Source: Candidatus Kapaibacterium sp.
Lineage (GTDB): Bacteria; Bacteroidota; Ignavibacteria; Kapaibacteriales; Kapaibacteriaceae
Direction: 5' to 3'
DNA length: 49,714 nt
Assembly: GCA_026390655.1 (NCBI GenBank)
Contig: JAPLFN010000102.1
Span: forward strand, 26,285 to 75,998
The notes below the pieces were generated by a model, which was given only the letters and a program-made list of their open reading frames with translations, was not told the origin of the DNA and made no database searches. The position numbers and the translations under genes were made by a program. Below are positions 35,728-44,195 of the stretch, piece by piece; position 1 is the first letter of the stretch; every line of letters starts with the position of its first letter.

Positions 35728-36348
35728 ATGGCCATAGTCCTTTCAGGAACAGCTCTCTCTGCGGAGATCGCCACGATTCGCGACAGGTCGTCAACGATCG
35801 ATGTGTTCCGATCGGCAGTGTACAGGATTGGCCTACATCTAGCTGTTGAAACATCACGACACTTGCCGAGTAGGGAGATTCACGTTACAACGCCGATAGA
35901 GACAACTGTTGGCGAGGTGATCGACGGGAATGTGATTGTTGTGCCTATTCTACGCGCAGGCTTAGGTCTTCTAGATCCATTTCTTAAGATCTGCCCAAAC
36001 GTAACCGTAGGCTTCATTGGACTCAAGCGCAATGAGGAGACTCTGAAACCTACCGAATATTACCGTAATCTTCCACCGTCAGATTCTTCAACCACCTTTA
36101 TCGTGATAGACCCGATGCTAGCCACTGGCGGAAGCATGACGGCAACTCTTGCCCTCATTCGTGAGCTCCCCCATCGGAAGATCATAGCTGCCTGCTTGAT
36201 CTCCGCCCCTGAGGGGATCGGCCGCATTGCTCAGGATCATCCAGATGTCCTCATTATTACCGCTGCCTTGGATCGCCAATTGAACAACGATGGCTACATC
36301 GTACCGGGCCTTGGAGATGCCGGAGATAGACTTTTCGGCACTCTCTGA
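35728..36348 (+). CDS. upp: Uracil phosphoribosyltransferase
   Basis: PRPP-binding VIDPMLATGGS, ILRAGLG, and a C-terminal GYIVPGLGDAGDRLFGT. Confidence 0.93.
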   Translation: MAIVLSGTALSAEIATIRDRSSTIDVFRSAVYRIGLHLAVETSRHLPSREIHVTTPIETTVGEVIDGNVIVVPILRAGLGLLDPFLKICPNVTVGFIGLKRNEETLKPTEYYRNLPPSDSSTTFIVIDPMLATGGSMTATLALIRELPHRKIIAACLISAPEGIGRIAQDHPDVLIITAALDRQLNNDGYIVPGLGDAGDRLFGTL

Positions 36349-36437
36349 CAATTATCAGGGTTTGCGGAACCGAAACATTATTATGTTACCGCCAGTTCAA
36401 CGAAGTCAAACAACTCAAAAAACGAACGGAGGCTGCT

Positions 36438-36650
36438 ATGACAATATTTCATTTTGGTAAGCACACAGTGCCCTTTGCCGACATTCACAATATCAATGTT
36501 GAGTATAAGTATCATGACAGCGAAATCTACGTGGATCTCGAGCTTAATGGCGGTGCACAGCTTAGCCTAAATCTGCCAGACTCCTTGACCTTTATGGAGC
36601 AATTTTTAAAGAAGATCAGGGAAGAAAAGAACATCCAAGTTCCAGCTTGA
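36438..36650 (+). CDS. Small hypothetical protein (70 aa)
   Basis: ATG at 36438 is preceded by a GGAGG Shine-Dalgarno (36429-36433). No family recognised. The stop lies 3 nt from the convergent aminotransferase stop. Confidence 0.55.
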   Translation: MTIFHFGKHTVPFADIHNINVEYKYHDSEIYVDLELNGGAQLSLNLPDSLTFMEQFLKKIREEKNIQVPA

Positions 36651-36653
36651 TCT

Positions 36654-37805
36654 CTACTTTATCAGATAGTCACTGACAGCTTCACCCAACATCCCCACGT
36701 CGGTTTGTGAGGTGTGGATATGGGCGCTACTACGAAGAATCGGATAACCGAGCCATCGATGGACTACCACTTCGACGGCTCGTTCCGTGTAGAGCCACTC
36801 CTTCATGTGGTCTACATCGGTCGCATCAGGTAAGGTTACTGCTGTCATTTGTAAAAGCGAATCCTGACCGCTAGCACACATTGACGATACACCTGAAATT
36901 CTCGTCAAGAGTTCCATCGCTGTCTGCGCTAGCAACCGAGCTTTGCTTTGAACCGCACTCCACGGTTGCTCCTGCATCAACTGCAAGACAAACGGAACAG
37001 TAAGGAAGGGGCTAATGTCTCGCGTACCAAGGTATTCTTGCTCTGCAATGAAGGTGCCTCCTTGCTGCCACGAACTCTCGCGTCCCCAGCTCACAGCCAG
37101 TGGCGACATCATGTACTGCAGCTCTTCCGTGACCCACAGGAAGGCAGATCCCTTTGGCGTGCACATCCATTTGTGGCAGTTTGCCGTGTACACGTCAGCC
37201 TGTAACGTGGAAAGATCCAGTGGTATATGTCCGGGGGCATGGGACCCGTCAATAACGCTACGAATTCCAACTTCTTTTGCCCTTGCGCAGAGCTCCTCAA
37301 CCGGAAATCGTACCGCAGTGGGAGAAGTGATGTGACTCAAAAACAGCACCTTCGTTCGCGGCGTTACCTTACTCCATATGATTTCAACAATCTCTTCGGC
37401 ACTAGGGACCGGAATGGGAATCTCAGCCCGAACATATCGGATGCCCTTGCTTACGCAATACTGACTCCAGGCTCTATCGCAGGCGCCGTACTCATGATCC
37501 GTGGTCAGGATCTCATCTCCGGGAGCAAGAACATCGCCGAACGCGTGGGCTGCCACGTTAACGCCATAGGTTGAATTTGTAACGTAGATCAGATCTCGAG
37601 CCCGCGCGCCAAGGTATGATGCGAGAGCAGCACGCGCAGACTGCATGAGTTCGTCCGCCTCGCGAAAGAACAACACTGGCTGCTGTTCCATTCTTTCAAC
37701 CCATCTGCGTTGCTCTTCAAGAACAATTCTTGGGCACGCACCAAACGAACCATGATTGAGAAAGGCGACGTCACTGCGCAGAAGAAAGTCAGAACGTGAT
37801 AGCAT
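36654..37805 (-). CDS. Class V PLP-dependent aminotransferase (cysteine desulfurase / isopenicillin-N epimerase-like)
   Basis: LNHGSFG N-terminus, DGSHAPG, and a PLP-lysine context ANCHKWMCTPKGSAFLW, 383 aa. Confidence 0.85.
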   Translation of the reverse strand: MLSRSDFLLRSDVAFLNHGSFGACPRIVLEEQRRWVERMEQQPVLFFREADELMQSARAALASYLGARARDLIYVTNSTYGVNVAAHAFGDVLAPGDEILTTDHEYGACDRAWSQYCVSKGIRYVRAEIPIPVPSAEEIVEIIWSKVTPRTKVLFLSHITSPTAVRFPVEELCARAKEVGIRSVIDGSHAPGHIPLDLSTLQADVYTANCHKWMCTPKGSAFLWVTEELQYMMSPLAVSWGRESSWQQGGTFIAEQEYLGTRDISPFLTVPFVLQLMQEQPWSAVQSKARLLAQTAMELLTRISGVSSMCASGQDSLLQMTAVTLPDATDVDHMKEWLYTERAVEVVVHRWLGYPILRSSAHIHTSQTDVGMLGEAVSDYLIK

Positions 37806-37813
37806 TGTATTGC

Positions 37814-39739
37814 CTAACGAATGATGACTCGAACACTTCTATTGGCAGTACGACCCATCGGCGTTTCATTCGATGTCGCGGACGATTTCACACCGGAAAC
37901 AAACACATCCAGTTCTTTCACGCCCAGAAGATCTACCGCAGCACGAGCTCGTCGTTGCAGGAGTTGTTCGTTATAGACTTCTGTACCAAAATTGTCGGCA
38001 CTAGGTAGTAGGGTCACCCGCTTACCGCTTGCAATTGCCTCCTTTGTGATGCGGACAGCCGTAGGATTGGTTGTCGTAAATGAAGATGCATCAAAGGCAA
38101 AGTACCCCAACACAAGAGGGTCGCCGTCCACTTTTTCAGGCCCAACAGTTGTTCTGAGCTCAGTTCTTGATTTCAGTTTTGGCACTACATACACAATGGT
38201 GCTAGAATTAGCCGCCCGACCCGTAGTGTCCTTCACCGAACCCTGAACAGTTAGAACTTCCGCGCTTCCGTCAAAAAGAAGAAGCCGCTGAGGAAGCACT
38301 GCTGAATACACCGGGCCAGCCCCTTGCACTTTAAGATCTACTCCGGAGAATGCTACACGTAGATCCGTAGTGCATGGTCCGGCTTCGCAAGTGACAAGAT
38401 GGACTACCGGAACAACAACGTCCGTTGCCGACCGCGTTGTATCCCTCTGGATAACAGGAATAACGACGGGTTGGCCATTAATGAGAAACGATACAGATCG
38501 CTGTTCGTCAGCCAATTCTGGATACGGAACCTCACCTTGTTGCTCAAATTTGACGGTTAGACGGGAGACGTCAACATTGAGAATTTGTATCGCCCACGAC
38601 ATTCGTTCACGAGCAATCGAACTCTGTTCATCTGCAGCGGCGGATCCAACAATCGCGATACGTGAATCAGGATTCTGACTCGCATAATCACGAATAGCAC
38701 CGATCACGTTCTGCTGATACATTCCCAATTGCGACGTGGCTTTAACCGGCACTGTGCTGTTCTTCTCAAAGAAGAGAATCGGTGCCGCCTCATACGATAC
38801 AACAGCCACTACCTCGTTTACTGCATTCACATCAATTGTATCTCCCCTCTGCTGCTGACCCTCTACGCGGACTTCAGAACGCAGAGCGGCAATCGCAACC
38901 GGCGGCGGCGGTGGTGGTGGTGGCGGGGGCGGCGGGGGCGGGGGCGGGGTGGGCTTTGACAGACGATAGCTGACGGTGGCCCCACCTCTCAATGCGCTAA
39001 CAGACCACGACACAGACGACACAATATTCGTAAGACCGATCTGGTAATACAGTTCGGGCGAAACACTCAGTTGAGGACTCAATTCTAGCTCGTAACGAAG
39101 CCCAACCACGATGCCAGCATACAGGCCTGACGCGGAAGGGAGTGGACCTTCAGAAGCGTTGCGAGACCGTGTTCCGTTCTCAAACGTATAACCCCGATCC
39201 GACGGAGATGTCAGGACTTGATCTTGTGAGTACGTGGCACCAATAGGAATGCCCGCCATAAGCCCTAGATGCGCACGAAGAGGTATGGAAGGGGCTATCT
39301 GGACCGTAGCGAATGACTCAACTCCAATAACTCCGTAAGAGGCTGCAAGAGTATGTTCAGCTGACCCTTGGGTAACTGTTGCGCCGTTGATGATGTTACC
39401 CACAAATTCCGACTCAGTGAACGCTCCGGACAAGAGTTGATACGACGCTCCGATTCCGATCTGAACTGGACTTTCAAAAACACGCAGAGAGAGATCCGTC
39501 TCGACTCCTGCAGTAAGTGTAAGACCAAACCCAGATCCACTCGTAAAAGTGACACAGCAATTTGGAACTGTAGGCAGGGCCGTGAAACTCCCATTATGCG
39601 CATTGAGCCCAACAAATGCTCCGCCAAACAATCGGATGTCTGTTAACGAAGTGTCTCGTCCTTGAGCACGAGCGGGGATCGCAAAGATCAAACCACAACA
39701 AGCGATAACACAAGCTCTAAGAATCAATCGCACGCTCAT
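37814..39739 (-). CDS. OmpA-family outer-membrane protein: N-terminal beta-barrel, 16-Pro hinge, two OmpA_C-like domains
   Basis: Signal peptide MSVRLILRACVIACCGLIFAIPARAQG and an amphipathic-strand N-domain, then P x16. The terminal OmpA_C signature is FDASSF...NEQLLQRRARAAVDLL...GRTANRSVRVII. An earlier degenerate copy reads FFEKNSTV...IAIVGSAAADE. Confidence 0.85.
   Translation of the reverse strand: MSVRLILRACVIACCGLIFAIPARAQGRDTSLTDIRLFGGAFVGLNAHNGSFTALPTVPNCCVTFTSGSGFGLTLTAGVETDLSLRVFESPVQIGIGASYQLLSGAFTESEFVGNIINGATVTQGSAEHTLAASYGVIGVESFATVQIAPSIPLRAHLGLMAGIPIGATYSQDQVLTSPSDRGYTFENGTRSRNASEGPLPSASGLYAGIVVGLRYELELSPQLSVSPELYYQIGLTNIVSSVSWSVSALRGGATVSYRLSKPTPPPPPPPPPPPPPPPPVAIAALRSEVRVEGQQQRGDTIDVNAVNEVVAVVSYEAAPILFFEKNSTVPVKATSQLGMYQQNVIGAIRDYASQNPDSRIAIVGSAAADEQSSIARERMSWAIQILNVDVSRLTVKFEQQGEVPYPELADEQRSVSFLINGQPVVIPVIQRDTTRSATDVVVPVVHLVTCEAGPCTTDLRVAFSGVDLKVQGAGPVYSAVLPQRLLLFDGSAEVLTVQGSVKDTTGRAANSSTIVYVVPKLKSRTELRTTVGPEKVDGDPLVLGYFAFDASSFTTTNPTAVRITKEAIASGKRVTLLPSADNFGTEVYNEQLLQRRARAAVDLLGVKELDVFVSGVKSSATSNETPMGRTANRSVRVIIR
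38900..38947 (-). repeat. 48-nt homo-codon-class tract encoding 16 consecutive prolines (G-rich on + strand)
   Basis: Codon-by-codon read of 38900-38947 (cgg x4, tgg x4, then a cgg/ggg mix) gives CCG/CCA/CCC on the - strand. It is flanked by Val (38897-38899) and Thr-Pro-Lys. Confidence 0.95.
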
Positions 39740-42700
39740 CGTAGAACAACCACAGAAGTTGACGTTGAGTGCCGACCGCCATTGATCAGCACCATGTGAA
39801 CACCCGGAGGTAGATCTCCGCAGTTGACCTTAAGTGGCGTGCTGCCTTTCGAAATACGAACTGGAATCCGCTGATGGATCACTCCCTGCTGGTCAGATAT
39901 CGTCAGTGTTCCAACGATGTCCTCATCAGCAAGTACGGTGATCGTGAGATCATCAGAGGCAGGCTGTGGAGTTATGCTGCGAATGGATAAAGGGGAAGGA
40001 TGAATGATATGCCTGTTCGGATCGGGATTGAGAATCCGGAGAAGCCCCTTGCTATACTTTATAACAACGGATGTTCCATATGCCAATGCCGTTGTGTCAA
40101 ATGACAGTATTGAAGAGTCAATCTCTGCAAGTCCTGCTGGGCCAACGAGGCGAGCTATTTCCTGCTTCTGACGAAATGAACCAACAACACGGAATCTGAT
40201 CTGGCGTGATCCATCAGTGATCTCTTGCGATACGATCTCCGAAACACCAAGATCACTTACGATGCTACGTGCAAGGAACAGTCGCGGATTCACTTGAATG
40301 ATTCCTTCATAGGTACGCTCGCCATTATAGGCTACACTCTCAGTGATGTCTGATTGTATCGGAATCGTGGCGTCGCCTCGTGGGTCGGCACTGACGATTG
40401 GAGCACTTATCGTAGCCGTTCCGCTGTACGACACAAGCCGAATGCCCAGTGATGAAGCACACGGCGCAAACGCCAACGCCATTACATCATTTCCACTGAT
40501 GGAGCCACCGTCATATCGTATGCGAAGACGAATGGAATCTTTTCCACGAATCGTAAGGGGAACCGTTGTTAACAATGTAAACGGGGCTCCTGTTGGCAAC
40601 GTAGCGGATGTTAGTTCAACGTTGTTAGCGGATCGGTTGGTGAGTACCACTTCGCGCTCACTGATCTCCGGAATAAACGCGAGCGTTGGGTGTGACAGTT
40701 GTATCTCTGCACCGGCGCCATAACCAATCACACGTATCGTGCGTGTGACATTAACTTGCCCTGCATAGCTGATCACTACTTCATCAGTATCCGCACCTAG
40801 AACTCGAGGGACAAAGAGAATCTCCGCATCGAGGCTCTTTCCAGAGGCAAGAGTTGTTCCCGGTGTATACCCTCGGACACGGAATTGAGAACTAACACCC
40901 TTCCGCATTGTGATGCCATTGATGACAACGTCGATGGGGTCATTGTTTCGCACAAGAGTCAGTGCCACTGAACCAGTATCGCTTACACAAACGTTGCCAA
41001 AGTCCGTCATATTGCCGAATACGGTGAGATCTCGATCGACCGACGTGCTTGTGATAGGTACACGGAATTTTACCCCACACGACGTTAGATTGAGAGTATC
41101 TACAAGCCTACCTATATCTCTCAACGCGGCCACAAATCTCACACTTAGGCATTTACCTGGAAGGACCGTATCGTCTGCAATAGGATCTGCAATTTTTAGC
41201 CACGTATTAAACAACAAAGAACCGGACTGAAACACGGCAGGTACGATCCCATCGTTGCATATGGTGGAAACAACCACCGTATCAACTCCAGTACCGATGT
41301 ATTTTTTGCCCATCGATATCGTTGTTGAAGACATGTTGAGCGGAAGGATCTTGAACACACCATCGCTCTCGTCTGACTCCGGGATAATGATCCTTCTTAG
41401 GAGCAGATTGTTCGATACGTCATCCGAGCACGAGGCAAGCGTAGATCCATCTGGACCATACTCCACGTCAGTCATAAGATTGCTGTGTCCGGGCATGCCC
41501 GGTGTAGGACCTAGGATCTTCCTATTGACGATATCGTACTGCTGAATTTGTTGTTGACCCATGAAACCAAGAGTCAGAAACGTAGCACTAGGGTTAAACG
41601 TGACGCCAACGGAATTCAGACCCGAGCGGTAGATCACCCGTATCAACGCGTCCTTCTTCATGTCGTAAATGAATGTGCGTTGCTCTTGTCCAGCATTGCC
41701 TGCACCCGGATTAGCAAGGCCAGCAATCGCGACAAGTTCTGCGGAACGCGATGCACCAACAAAGTTCGGAGTAGGCCCACCTGCCGTGCGAATGTTTGTG
41801 GTATACCGAGAAATCTCGCGTTGTGTCTGCGTGTCGTACCGAACAACGTTACCATCGATCAGGGCAGCGGTGAGGATCCCATCGGCGATCTTTCCCGTTG
41901 CGGATGGTGACGTAAGATCGATTGGTGTGCGCTCCGTTAGAGTTACTGCGTCGTAAACGCGGATCCTCCCACTCACATTTCCAACGACAAATGCATTGGT
42001 CCCGGATACATCTGTACCGATCTCTACAACCTGATTCATGTCTACGTCTATCCGAGCAGTAGGCGAAGGCGAGGACTGTTGGAATCTCTGAATCTGATCT
42101 TTGGATGGAAACGGTCGATCCACAATGGCGAGAATGTTGCGCGATGATCCGACGTAGGACATAGCACTGACCTTCGTTGTAGGTGCGGCTACGCCCTCTG
42201 CATTATAGCGATTGACGATCTGCGAGGTAACGATATCCCATTCTGCAATCAGGCCCGACCCATACGCTACTGCTAAGTAGCGACCGGTTGCATTGAATGC
42301 CAAATTTGTGGCAGGTGAAGATTCGCCACTCAAGAACCGCGCACCTGAAACTCCTTGCTTTTGGTAGCAGCGGACTCGAGCACTGTCAGAATATTCGCTA
42401 GGTACACTCCAGACAATTGTGGAGTCGAGTGTAGAGTCAATAAACTTCCAGGACCGGCCATTGTCCGTGCTATAGTCTGCATGAGTATAGAAACCTTGGA
42501 TAGCCCCTTTCCAACGGATGTTTATGGCTTGGCAGGGTGTAAGATTCTCACCTCCATTTGGAGCCACCACTTGAAGAACCGTTGTGGCCTTATACGAAGG
42601 GGTATTTGCAAGAACCATTACATCGTAATGTGCCCCGCCTTCATAAACGAGCGTAAGTACATCACTGATAGGTCCCGCAACCTTTGGAGAGCAAATGAGA

Positions 42701-43404
42701 TCAAAACGGTAATCTGAACCACTTTCAACCTCCACCGGAGGGGGCTTGGTTCCATACGTGCCCTTCCAAACAATTCGAAAGTTGTTCGATCGCGTCAAAA
42801 GTGTATCGAGTTTGAGCCCTCTTTCATTACCGTTTGTCCCTCTCGTAGCCTCAAACGCATGAACGTTAAGCTTCCGAAGCGAATCCTTGCCAATGGGAAC
42901 ATCACCAAAGTCTATGTAATACGGTACTTGTCTAAACGCACTATCGAGGATATTAACGGTTCCTCCGCGCCATGGCGAAAGACTCCACGACACCGGTAAC
43001 GTGCCTACATCTGCATTGCTAACGCCATACAGAATAACGGTTCCAAAGACTGTTGTTGGTATCGAGTTAATAACTGGAGTGTAGAGCGACGTTGCAAACT
43101 CGGCTGTGTAGACACCTTGTGACTCTGTCGAGAGTTTATTTACCCCAATGAATCTATTGGCCTCAAAGATACTAATGTCGGTTGCAGTCAAGACTGCCGG
43201 CTGACCTGCTCTTGTTGCGCGGAATCGTGCCCTGATCACCGGATAATCCGAAGCGTCCACGAACGATCCAACGCCCGGGATACTAACACCTGTTAGCACC
43301 AGTTGCGCCTGTGCTTGCATGCTACATGCGACTATTGTGCAAACAAGCGCCAGGAAAACGAAAATGGAGCGTAGTTCATTGAACGTCGAAGAAAATGTCA
43401 TCAA
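39736..43404 (-). CDS. Giant secreted multi-domain protein: Ig-like (choice-of-anchor-D/ASH-type) repeats, WD40-like beta-propeller, T9SS-type C-terminal domain
   Basis: Signal peptide ...FVFLALVCTIVACSMQAQAQ. DFGDVPIGKDS and DFGNVCVSDTGS blocks, and an Asp-box-like YSTDNGRSW. Six to seven WD-like blades (LAVAYGSGLIAEWDI, GRIRVYDA, GNVVRYDT, IQQYDI, LASCSDD). The tail ends ...GVHMVLINGGRHSTSTSVVVLR. Confidence 0.85.
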   Translation of the reverse strand: MMTFSSTFNELRSIFVFLALVCTIVACSMQAQAQLVLTGVSIPGVGSFVDASDYPVIRARFRATRAGQPAVLTATDISIFEANRFIGVNKLSTESQGVYTAEFATSLYTPVINSIPTTVFGTVILYGVSNADVGTLPVSWSLSPWRGGTVNILDSAFRQVPYYIDFGDVPIGKDSLRKLNVHAFEATRGTNGNERGLKLDTLLTRSNNFRIVWKGTYGTKPPPVEVESGSDYRFDLICSPKVAGPISDVLTLVYEGGAHYDVMVLANTPSYKATTVLQVVAPNGGENLTPCQAINIRWKGAIQGFYTHADYSTDNGRSWKFIDSTLDSTIVWSVPSEYSDSARVRCYQKQGVSGARFLSGESSPATNLAFNATGRYLAVAYGSGLIAEWDIVTSQIVNRYNAEGVAAPTTKVSAMSYVGSSRNILAIVDRPFPSKDQIQRFQQSSPSPTARIDVDMNQVVEIGTDVSGTNAFVVGNVSGRIRVYDAVTLTERTPIDLTSPSATGKIADGILTAALIDGNVVRYDTQTQREISRYTTNIRTAGGPTPNFVGASRSAELVAIAGLANPGAGNAGQEQRTFIYDMKKDALIRVIYRSGLNSVGVTFNPSATFLTLGFMGQQQIQQYDIVNRKILGPTPGMPGHSNLMTDVEYGPDGSTLASCSDDVSNNLLLRRIIIPESDESDGVFKILPLNMSSTTISMGKKYIGTGVDTVVVSTICNDGIVPAVFQSGSLLFNTWLKIADPIADDTVLPGKCLSVRFVAALRDIGRLVDTLNLTSCGVKFRVPITSTSVDRDLTVFGNMTDFGNVCVSDTGSVALTLVRNNDPIDVVINGITMRKGVSSQFRVRGYTPGTTLASGKSLDAEILFVPRVLGADTDEVVISYAGQVNVTRTIRVIGYGAGAEIQLSHPTLAFIPEISEREVVLTNRSANNVELTSATLPTGAPFTLLTTVPLTIRGKDSIRLRIRYDGGSISGNDVMALAFAPCASSLGIRLVSYSGTATISAPIVSADPRGDATIPIQSDITESVAYNGERTYEGIIQVNPRLFLARSIVSDLGVSEIVSQEITDGSRQIRFRVVGSFRQKQEIARLVGPAGLAEIDSSILSFDTTALAYGTSVVIKYSKGLLRILNPDPNRHIIHPSPLSIRSITPQPASDDLTITVLADEDIVGTLTISDQQGVIHQRIPVRISKGSTPLKVNCGDLPPGVHMVLINGGRHSTSTSVVVLR

Positions 43405-44195
43405 GAACGGGGCTTTCTAGTGGGCTCGAATCTGGCGAGGAATTCCACGACAATAGGGTCCGTGGAGGCTTTCAATTGAGGCACACTACCATCAAACTGA
43501 ACCTTTCCACTGTCGAGCATAATCACATGGTCTGCTATGTTGTACACGCTGAACATATCGTGCGTGATCACCACGGACGTTACGTTTTGCGTGGTGGCAA
43601 CGTAGCCCAGTAGATCGTCTATCTGCTGAGATGTTACAGGGTCTAGTCCCGTAGTAGGCTCATCATAGAAAATATAGGTCGGTTGACCCACAAGCGCTCG
43701 CGCCACGCCAAGCCGCTTCTTCATACCGCCTGAGAGGTCGCTTGGCTTCTTCGTTGATAGGATCGCGTACTCAGCTTCAAAAACTGAAGCGCTGAAGCTC
43801 TTTGGGTCGGGAACAAGACCCACGGCACTCAACACGCGCCGTCCTTCGGCATCAAGCAGGCGCTCATCCGTTTCGCCGTGTTCAACAAGACCGATCACAA
43901 CATTGTCAAAGACAGAAAGCGAGTCAAAAAGAGCAGCACCCTGAAACACATATCCAACGCGCCTTCGTAGCTCGAATAGCTCATCCTTCGGAAGGGTGCT
44001 GATATCGCTTCCATCAATCATAACTGTTCCGGCATCTGCACGAAGCAGACCAACGATGTGTTTTAACAGGACGCTCTTGCCGCAACCCGACCGACCAATG
44101 ATGCACGTGGTCTTTCCATTAGGAATGGTGAGATTTACGCCATCGAGGACCACCTTCGGACCAAATGACTTTCGGATGCTACGAAGCTCTATCAT
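43401..44195 (-). CDS. ABC transporter ATP-binding protein, MlaF/Ttg2A-like
   Basis: Walker A GRSGCGKS, Q-loop VFQGAALF, signature LSGGMKKR, Walker B IFYDEPTTGLD, H-loop ITHD. Carries an insertion of about 25 aa before the signature motif. Confidence 0.88.
   Translation of the reverse strand: MIELRSIRKSFGPKVVLDGVNLTIPNGKTTCIIGRSGCGKSVLLKHIVGLLRADAGTVMIDGSDISTLPKDELFELRRRVGYVFQGAALFDSLSVFDNVVIGLVEHGETDERLLDAEGRRVLSAVGLVPDPKSFSASVFEAEYAILSTKKPSDLSGGMKKRLGVARALVGQPTYIFYDEPTTGLDPVTSQQIDDLLGYVATTQNVTSVVITHDMFSVYNIADHVIMLDSGKVQFDGSVPQLKASTDPIVVEFLARFEPTRKPRS

Noticed and set aside
38729-38973. + strand ORFs encoding RRRWWWWRGRRGRGRGG-type peptides; G-rich tract as a possible regulatory G-quadruplex or simple-sequence repeat
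   Set aside because: The tract is exactly 16 in-frame proline codons of the - strand OmpA-family gene. The + strand ORFs are shadows. G4 potential is noted under the polyproline finding, but there is no evidence for an independent element.
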